This document shows, one piece after another, positions 50,063 through 58,244 of a stretch of DNA of 58,244 nucleotides. Position 1 is the first letter of the stretch, and each line of letters begins with the position of its first letter. The notes beneath the pieces were generated by a model. The model was not told where the DNA came from and did no database searches. It saw nothing but the letters and a program-made list of their open reading frames with translations. The DNA comes from Catajapyx aquilonaris (Eukaryota), in the NCBI GenBank assembly GCA_000934665.2, contig KZ538622.1:1-58244 (forward strand), read 5' to 3'. A program made the translations under genes and the position numbers.

Positions 50063-50638
50063 ACGACCCACGAACTTGGAACACCCTGTATACACCATAT
50101 ATTTTACGTGTAATCACATGCATTTACTTTCAGTACTGGATCTAATTAATTTTAAAGACATTTTTGTAATTACTATACATTGCAACTGATGGTATAAATA
50201 ATATGGATAATCAATTATTAAACAAAATAGTTGAAACTGATTGGCCACTACCGTTTACAGGTAGGAGAAAAACTATCGCAAGCAGTGAATAATTAAATCT
50301 CAAAAAGTTTGATTGATAATAATGCAGTAAAATAAGTGGCTCATATTCACCTAGCTATAGTGGACCGTTTCTCCCACAGAGAAGGGTAAAGCAGGTCACG
50401 GAAAAAGCTTCTCTCATTTTTCCATTACACTATAAGTTGCTTCAATTTTCAAACTGACGTGTGGGTTCTCCCGTTTCCTTCCACTCAACTGTCTAAACAC
50501 CTCTTCCCCTTATATGATGTCGTATACAATTTGAGCTCCCTTCCCTTCCTTGATCCCTTGTTGCCTGTTCATGATTACTACGGCGCGACGGTGCGGTGGT
50601 GAGGCCTTTCGGATCATTGCGCCTGCTCCCTATGAACT

Positions 50639-50673
<35 letters not shown>

Positions 50674-51489
50674 ATACGGGGAGATTTTAAAATTTTGATT
50701 AATAAGTTCATTTTACTCAGTGCGACACGGTGGCGGAGTGGTTAGCGCCGCAGCCTTCCGCCTCTAAGGTCCCGAGTTCGATCGACGGGTCGGACGGAGG
50801 ATACTTATGTGGATAGAGTTTCGATGGGTTCTCTCCGTGTTCGCGTGGGTTTTCTCGGGGTTCTCGCGTTTCCTCCCACAATCAAAATCCATCACAGCGC
50901 AGGCAATGATTAAAGACGGTTATTCAAAAGATGGTCCCTTAACCCTTAGTTAGTGAGATGGATGGCAACTGACCACCAAGGCCTCATTTTTGCATTTAAA
51001 AGGCATTTAAAATATTCCAAATATCTTGGGAATTTTTCTAATCAAATATTTCCGCAACTACAGTATTTTTCGCTTATTTTAATCGTTGTTAGTAAAATTC
51101 TAATAATAAAAAACTAAGAAATTGAATTTTTCTAAAATTTGGCAACGAGGCTTCGGGTTGGAAAGAGCTGGTCACTGGAGGAGGCCTGGCCCCCAATGTT
51201 ATTATGAGTTTTGTTATCGTCCATAATCCTGCCTGGTATGTAGCTTGCTCCTTGCCTTACCCCCTTCAAATTATGGAAAGTGCAACGTCATGCACTTTCT
51301 CTCTTTTTGAGTTACAAATCTTTATTTGCACAACCAAGAAATATCATGCGGGAGTGGGAGCGGGGAGGTGATGAAGGAGAGTGTGTGGGCTATTGGAGGA
51401 AGATTTCACAATAGGTCCATCAAGATAGTGTTAATTTTATTATATAATAAAAGTAGGCAATAGTAGTAGTAGTATAATAGGGTGTTTAT

Positions 51490-51773
51490 AATAATAATTC
51501 ATACCCCGTTATCAGCCTATCGGCTCTTTAGGGGGGAAGTTTTGTTTTGCCTGGAACTCTTTGCTTTCATTTTACTGCGCTTTTTTGGGATAGGATAGGG
51601 ACGGAAGGAAGCGGCTGTGGCCTGTTAATTACGGAAGCAACTCCGGAATTTCCCTGGAAGGACCGTGGGAAACCACAGAAAACCACGGTCAGAGTTGCCG
51701 GCCCCGGGATTCGAACCCAGGACCTCCCGATTAGCAGTCGAACGCCTTATCCACTATGCCAACCTGCTTCGGT
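51490..51773 (-). mobile_element. tRNA-derived SINE (family B), copy 1, inserted in the left TIR of MITE M2
   Basis: 13-bp TSD ATAGGGTGTTTAT (51477-89, 51774-86); A-box TGGCATAGTGG and B-box GGTTCGAATCCC; insect-type body GTGGTTTTCTGTGGTTTCCC...GCCGCTTCCTTCC; (ATT)n tail. Confidence 0.9.
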
Positions 51774-51774
51774 A

Positions 51775-52341
51775 TAGGGTGTTTATTGTAACTCTGCAAA
51801 GACTTTCAGGGGCAATAGAGGAGACCAAGACAAGTATTTTTGACATAAGAACCCGTGTCCGGAAACGCCACCTACAGTAGAGGGGGTTCATAGACAAGGA
51901 ATGGTGCGCTCAGACGCGTCCCGCGAGAGGCGCTAGTCGAGCGGACTGTTTTTTTGATAGGTGACTCTCGGATAGTAACCAACGATGCGATGTGCCATAA
52001 CGTGACAACAGCAGAGCCTTCTAGCAACTAAGGTCCGCCTCCTAGGAGAACGCGCGGATAGTCAACAGCGTTTCTGTTGTTGCCAGGTTATGGCGTATCG
52101 CGTTGTTGTTTATTTACAGCGACCCGATACGCTATAACCTGGCAACAACTGCGCGCCATCTATCAACAAAACAGTCCGCTCGCCTAGCGCCTCTCGCGTG
52201 ACGCGTCTGAGCGCACCCGTTCCTGGTCTATGAACCCCCTCTAGATGGCGTTTCCGGACACGGGTTCCTATGTCAAAAATACTTGTCTTGGTCCCCTCTA
52301 TTACCCCTGAAAGTCTTTGCAGAGTTACAATAAACACCCTG
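51775..52341. mobile_element. Tc1/mariner-type MITE (family M2), copy 2
   Basis: Homologous to 21371-21930; the first 12 bp of its TIR also appear at 51478 as part of the SINE TSD. Confidence 0.9.
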
Positions 52342-52983
52342 TGTACATAATAAGGCGAAGACTTAATTAATCCCATATCGTGCCCAAACCAGTCCTGTCC
52401 CAGGTCAAACTCTTATCTGGAGGGACAAGTCTGAGGGTAATTCGGGTGCTCCTTATCACTAGTCTGATAATGACGTTGTGAGTGAAGGGGGACGTGAGGG
52501 GGATCTTTTTTGGAATTATTTCATTATTGCCAAAGTGGGCATTAGGACTGTTTTTGAAGGAATATGCAGCATGTTATTATGGATTTTTTGCTATATAAAA
52601 ACAATAGGCACAATGTGACAGAGTGGATAATGACATTTCTAATGAAGTGTCGCATCTGATGGTATTTTTAGAGGCGTTATCTTGGAATGCAAAGCTGGAA
52701 TAAATAAAATGTCTACTGGAAGGCACTTGACCACCACCTCACTACTTAATAATTGAATTCTTCCACCGCACTAACTAAGGGTTAAGAGGCCCAAGGAGGC
52801 CTATCATGGGGTATCCATTATTACTCGTAGTTCATTTTACTCAGTGAAAGTTTTAATCCTACAAAATTTTAAACCACAAATTGGTAACCCTTAATATGCC
52901 CGTATTCCACCACGTTATTACAAGTAGGCTTACAGCAGGCCTACATCATATTATTCAGTTACAGTATTGCATAGTATACGTTA

Positions 52984-53221
52984 AGGCCGCTTCACAAACT
53001 CGGTGTTGCGAAAGCGGGGCTAAATGCCGTTTTACAAACTCGGATTTGCGCGAGCGGGGCGTGCGGAACGCGGAAAATTTGCGAAGGGCTATTCACAAAT
53101 GCTTCGTGCGATGGCAGAGCGCGAGCGTTGCGCTGGCGTCCAACCGGGTGGACTTTCTGCGTGCGATGAGCGGAAGGCCCACACACCCCGCTTTCGCCAC
53201 GCCGAGTTTGTGAAGCGGCCT
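52984..53221. mobile_element. PIF/Harbinger MITE
   Basis: TTA|AGGCCGCTTCACAAACTCGG...CCGAGTTTGTGAAGCGGCCT|TTA. Confidence 0.88.
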
Positions 53222-54679
53222 TTACATCTACTGAAAATAGTGTGAGACTGTCATTCTGGTGATCTCACCATTCCATTCTCCTCTCTCTTTCGCTCAAAGC
53301 CAGGGTTAATAATTTCTAATTCTTCTATATTCTCCTACATTAATCAATAATTATGCTAGATTTTAGGCCATAAGTTGCTCATGAGAAAATGGTTCATCCC
53401 CGACTCTGGCTCAGCATTATATGTTTTTACGGATTCCTTCTAAATTCCCCTGGATTACACCGTTTTTGTAATAGGTGGCCTACTATAAGCAGAATAATGA
53501 GAATATTTACAAACGAAAAGTGTAGGCCTACACCTTCTTCTCTTTAATGACCTATAGTGCTATTGTTATTTCCGTATTTCCCCAAATTCAATAGAGATTA
53601 CGCAGCAAATGTATGTCTACGCCTAATTTTTATTCACATAATGATCTGTGATCTTTGTGTCCAACAAGATGAAGGGACAGGGAACCTCAATAAATTATAC
53701 TGTATATTCCAGGCCATACGTATGTAGCTTTCATCCAACACCCACAACGTATGCATATTAAATTAACCAACTAATCTATCGGCGGTCGAAATGAACATTT
53801 AATAGAATTTCATTTAGCATTCAACCACGTATGACTGACAGTTCAACAGATGTCAACACTCGGACACCTGCAATGTCACCTACATGCGTCATGACGCAAT
53901 AGAGTCTTATCTATATTATGCACATAAACGCCTTTCAAAAATTCGAGATCAGGCGTAGGTTCCAAGTGTGAATTAGGTCAGTAGTTGTCTCGAATGTGAC
54001 ATTACTCTCTGGAGCAGAGAGTGACATTATTTTGGTCAATCATACCCATGCCGAGCGTTTAATCTGAAACCTCTAGAAAGGAAAGAAGTGGAATTTTCCT
54101 CGGATTCCGAGCTCATTGCTGGCCATCAATAATATTGGCCGTTTCCGGAAAATCCATTGGATCATAGATGTGATCCGCACCGATTGGCCCCTGCTACCCC
54201 CCTGCAACCGCAGTGATGAGAACCGCAACCACCGTCAAACCCAACAAATAGTCCCCATGTTACGGCGTTACTGAAAATGCCAATATTCGCCAAAATGACC
54301 CGGGATTAATTATTTCCATGTTTATTTACACAGTAATTGGGCGTGTTTATTACTCTTGCTTATTGACTGCTGTCGTTCTGGAAGTTAAACACATACAAAA
54401 AGTAAACAAATAAATAATTATAAGCCCTATTATTGTAGTAACAACGAGTGTAAAGCAAAACAGGCTTTAGCATTGTATAATTTGCTGCATAAATTTTTCA
54501 TGCAATACCTCTTTCGTATAGTGCATAAAGTGCACTATTATAATTCAAGACAATTAGATATTTAACTGTGTTCGCCTTCAAAACATGTAGACCTGACAGG
54601 ATCCTTGCACACCTCATGAATGTTAATAATAACCACTTACAACTGCGTATAATGCCCAAATATTTTTTTAAAAAAACAT

Positions 54680-54960
54680 GGGGTGGTCTAGAGGCTAGTG
54701 GTCATGGTGGCTAAGCTACTAGCCAGCCAAGCGGCAGGTCCGGGGTTCAAATCCCGTCCCCGTCACACTCGCTTGGTCGGGTCTTTTTCCGCTTCTCACC
54801 CGACATGGCCGGGCAGAATTGCACTCCCTTCTCTGCCCAGGGCCAAGAGAAAAGGTCTTATATTCAAGAGCGTCAGAAATGACTACTTAAGAGCTCCCTC
54901 CCTTGGGAACCTCCCCTCCCCTCCCCTCCCCTCGCCATATCACGGGGAATTACAAACAAA
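54680..54960 (+). mobile_element. tRNA-derived SINE (family D) with (CAAA)n tail
   Basis: B-box GGTTCAAATCCC at about 54744; 3' ATATCACGGGGAATT; TSD-like CAAATATTTT..AAAAACA on both sides. Confidence 0.7.
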
Positions 54961-55233
54961 CAAATATTTTAAAAACACACACAAGGTATAGAATGTCNAT
55001 ATCACGGGGAATTACAAACAAACAAATATTTTAAAAACACACACAAGGTATAGAATGTCCAAAATCCAGAAGGCTATAAAATGGTTTCACTATATCATAC
55101 CGATGGCTGAGTCCATTTTTGACCGCTTATATCGGCCAACATTGATTTGTGATATTGTAAACATTTTGTTAATCACATACACAAGGCAATTAATAAATTT
55201 CTTTTCATTGCATTGTAAAACCGCCCTTTTATC

Positions 55234-55421
55234 CCAGGGGGTCACCACTCGACTGAAAAGTGTACACTGGAGTACCAAAATTTAAGGAGTACCAAGGAGT
55301 ACCAAAGAGTAAAGTAGCCTACCTAAGGAGTACCAAAGAGTAAAGTAGCCTACCTAAGGAGTACCTGGGAGTACCACTTGCAGGTGTACACCGGAGTACC
55401 GTTGACGTGATTACCCCCTTG
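55234..55421. mobile_element. hAT/P-type MITE with GAGTACC repeats, copy 2
   Basis: 8-bp TSD CTTTTATC; same family as 20239-20387, with an internal tandem duplication of about 31 bp. Confidence 0.88.
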
Positions 55422-55576
55422 CTTTTATCTTCATTATAACACCACATTTAATTACGTGACTGTTATATGGAACACAGGCGAATTTTAATGCTTTCCAGTG
55501 TTACTACAGTATAATACCATCTTACTAAGATCACCTCTAATAATTTATTAAGCTTATTTGACGCGAAAAATGTTGC

Positions 55577-55632
<56 letters not shown>

Positions 55633-56004
55633 AAAATATGTGTTATTATTGATTCATGGTACAGGTAGGCCCTACTTCTGCAAACATTAGGCAACGCCTC
55701 AACTGCACTCTGCAACACCATCTTGTATTTGGCTGTAATTTTACTATATGTGCAAATATGTAAAAGAGATGCAAGTATCAATGAATCATACACCTACTTT
55801 TAGTAGCCTAATATTCTCCTACGAAGTGAGTACTGCATGCCTATGCATATTCCAGTTTTTCCCAGTTTGGATTGACGTCACCTTGTGGTGGCAATTGTTA
55901 TTATCACTTACTAATGACAGCATTTCTGACAAGAGTCTTACACTTAAAATATGATTATACACCTGCCCTACGATGATAATAATCAAAGGTGCGTTGGAAT
56001 GACA

Positions 56005-56160
56005 TTTAGCCATGTTCTTGCCATCTGGCGATGAAAGAAAGAGGCTAGTCAAGCAGTTGGATCCACCTGTGCCATCTGTCGGTGGCCCGTAACATGAGTG
56101 ATGATGATGCAAGGGACTGTACTGCTCAGCAAAGTCGAGTCATTTTTTGCACAGCAATGA
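56005..56160 (-). pseudogene. Possible Crypton-like tyrosine recombinase C-terminal remnant
   Basis: LHCCAKNDSTLLSSTVPCIIITHVTGHRQM...*LASFFHRQMARTWL resembles NHSaRKT..stL...gvp..I..vTGH...qq..ms.iL; the catalytic R and Y are not retained. Confidence 0.35.
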
Positions 56161-56658
56161 AGCGTTTCATAACTATTCAGCCAATCGGAAAATCGTCGGT
56201 GTATGGCACGGTAAATGCTAATTATGGCTGACGTGAGATGAATAGTAAAAATGTAGGCTCCTATATGATGCAGCTCATTTAGTTCAAGGCTGTTCTCCAC
56301 TCTCTGCTCCAGCATATCATACAGTACGTGCCATGACAAAAAAATCAGCAAGGTTTTACTATATTTCAATTCAAGTGCTTAAGCTTAAACTTAAACTTTT
56401 TAAAACTTCAATGTTCAAATCATACAATGTTTATAATGCCAGCTAAACCCGTGGAGAAATCACCGCTTTCAATAAATCGCCGTTGAGTTATAATTCAAAC
56501 GTCCGTAACTATAGCGATGCACCACAGCGCAGCTCATGCAACGACGCGCCAATCGATATATGAAACGGTTACCTTTATCCAGCTCCACATAAGAGCACAG
56601 AGTTCCAAATGCATAAAATATACCAACAACTCTAAGCCAGATAATTCCATTGTTGTGT

Positions 56659-56797
<139 letters not shown>

Positions 56798-57488
56798 GTC
56801 ATTATATAGGGGCATCCCAGAACATATTGCCAATGTCAGCTTAAGCGAATGATACCGTATTTTCCATGTTAATTGCAGACAATATTTCTTCAATTCAGAC
56901 AGGGTGGTCCAGCAGATAATATTTGTTCACAGAATGAGGCTAATTTGGTAGATTTTCAATAAGCAAAGAGCATTCAGTAATTTTGAAGTTAATCCAAATA
57001 CCGGATTGGGGTACGATGCACATTAATTTTCCCATGACTTTACTTCGGAAATGTGTCCCCCCTGCCTGTATTTTGGTTGACTATATTGACACGTATCCAA
57101 TATTTATTATGGGATCGAATTAAGACGCCGTGTCGTAGGCTATTGTTTTTTTTCGGTTCCACAAGCGGAACGGTAAGCAGCAGTTTTCAACCAATACAAC
57201 TGGGACATCAGCTAAATAAGCTTAATGGAAAACAGTTATATTGGATTACATCTTAAATGTTTATGATTTTAGTGTCATCGAAAAAATTAACTGTCGCTAC
57301 TATACCATACTAATTATTTTCATAATATTTTTATTTGATTTCCAGCATAATAAATTTTACAGGAGATAGGAAAAACCTGTATGGCACGCTTGCAACTACT
57401 AGCAACTCTTGGAAACGCTTGCAAACTGAAAGTAGCTGATAGGGGGAGTCATTATATGGCATTTTCATGCTTTTTTAAATGTAAGATT

Positions 57489-57557
57489 TGAAAATCGTGG
57501 ATTGGTATGGTTTAGCCACAAATTTTGTGGCTAAACCATACCAATCCACGATTTTCA
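57489..57557. repeat. Perfect palindrome, 34-bp arms and 1-nt loop
   Basis: TGAAAATCGTGGATTGGTATGGTTTAGCCACAAA-T-TTTGTGGCTAAACCATACCAATCCACGATTTTCA. Confidence 0.95.
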
Positions 57558-57600
57558 TTTGGAGGTCGGTTTGCAACTAGCTGGTTTTGCTTGTAATCTT

Positions 57601-57905
57601 ATAAAAAGATAAAATAGAAAAAATAAAATCATTCATACCCTGTTATCAGCCATCGGCTCCTCAGGGGGGAAGTTTGTTTTGCCTGGAACTCTTTGCTTTT
57701 CATTTTACTGTGCTCTTTGGGATAGGATAGGGACGGAAGGAAGCGGCTGTGGCATATTAATTACGGAAGCAACTCCGGAATTTTCCTGGAAGGACCGCGG
57801 GAAACCACAGAAAACCACGGTCAGAGTTGCCGGCCCCGGGATTTGATCCCAGGACCTCCCGATTAGCAGTCGGACACCATATCCTCTCCTCCAAACTGCT
57901 TCGGT
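57601..57905 (-). mobile_element. tRNA-derived SINE (family B), copy 2
   Basis: Homologous to 51490-51773; TSD TTG(C/G)TTGTAATCTT (57587-600, 57906-19). Confidence 0.88.
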
Positions 57906-58244
57906 TTGGTTGTAATCTTGATCTAGCTGGTTTTGCTTACAAAAAGTGCAGTTATCCACAAAAATGATTATTATTTAACAATAATATGTAGTGTTAAAAT
58001 GACGCGTCTACTACACACGTGAGCTTTTCATGTTTAAGTTTGATAGGGATACGGAAAAAACAAAAGTAAACATGATTAACATATTGAAAAATTAAATGCC
58101 CATATATTATTTCATGCACTCTCTCGTGAACATCGTCATGCGTGTCATCATGGCACTACTGTCTTATTGCATTACACTATTACATATCACAACTTTACAC
58201 TTCCTCGCGCAAAGTCTACTGGATAATCATCACCTATGATGCAT

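Larger units (their letters stand above)
50943..52781. mobile_element. Non-autonomous piggyBac element
   Basis: TTAA|CCCTTAGTTAGTG...CACTAACTAAGGG|TTAA. Confidence 0.9.
50723..52828 (+). mobile_element. V-domain tRNA SINE split by a nested piggyBac element
   Basis: 18-bp TSD AGTTCATTTTACTCAGTG (50705-22, 52829-46); A-box TGGCGGAGTGG and B-box GAGTTCGATC; V-domain-like TTCTCTCCGTGTTCGCGTGGGTTTTCTCGGGGTTCTCGCGTTTCCTCCCACA; tail resumes at 52786. Confidence 0.85.

Noticed and set aside
51690..51773. tRNA genes at A/B-box sites (also 3181, 32447, 47280, 50723, 54700)
   Set aside because: They continue into SINE bodies with tails, several with TSDs; no clean acceptor stem or poly-T terminator.
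54937..55059. 61-bp perfect tandem duplication
   Set aside because: The two copies are separated by a single N, which indicates an unmerged contig overlap.

Overview
Eukaryotic, almost certainly arthropod (probably insect) non-coding DNA, inferred from (TTAGG)n-bearing repeats, insect-type tRNA-derived SINEs and Helitron-like ends. It is either a large intron or an intergenic region. I find no intact protein-coding gene, rRNA, true tRNA or CRISPR array, and nearly all ORFs in the track are artefacts of repeats or microsatellites. The window is a dense and often nested collection of non-autonomous transposons whose termini and target-site duplications (TSDs) can be read directly: PIF/Harbinger, Tc1/mariner, hAT/P, piggyBac, CACTA, Sola3-like, Academ-like and Helitron/Helentron-like elements, plus about five SINE families. 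Decayed coding remnants include a KDZ (Kyakuja-Dileera-Zisupton) transposase, a piggyBac transposase and a mariner N-terminus, with weaker Academ, Crypton and LINE RT traces. GC-rich islands lacking recognisable TEs and rich in homeodomain motifs lie between the repeats and look like developmental enhancers. The most interesting observations are: (1) a three-copy family of small elements that carries the arthropod telomere repeat, is always flanked by (GT)n/(CA)n and has co-varying inverted repeats; (2) four different SINE families sharing one 3' stem-loop; (3) a four-tier nested insertion with readable TSDs; (4) a KDZ transposase fossil; (5) a possible ATAT-targeting piggyBac lineage. I see no evidence of a new protein-based system. 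All family assignments are by eye and need HMM/Dfam confirmation.
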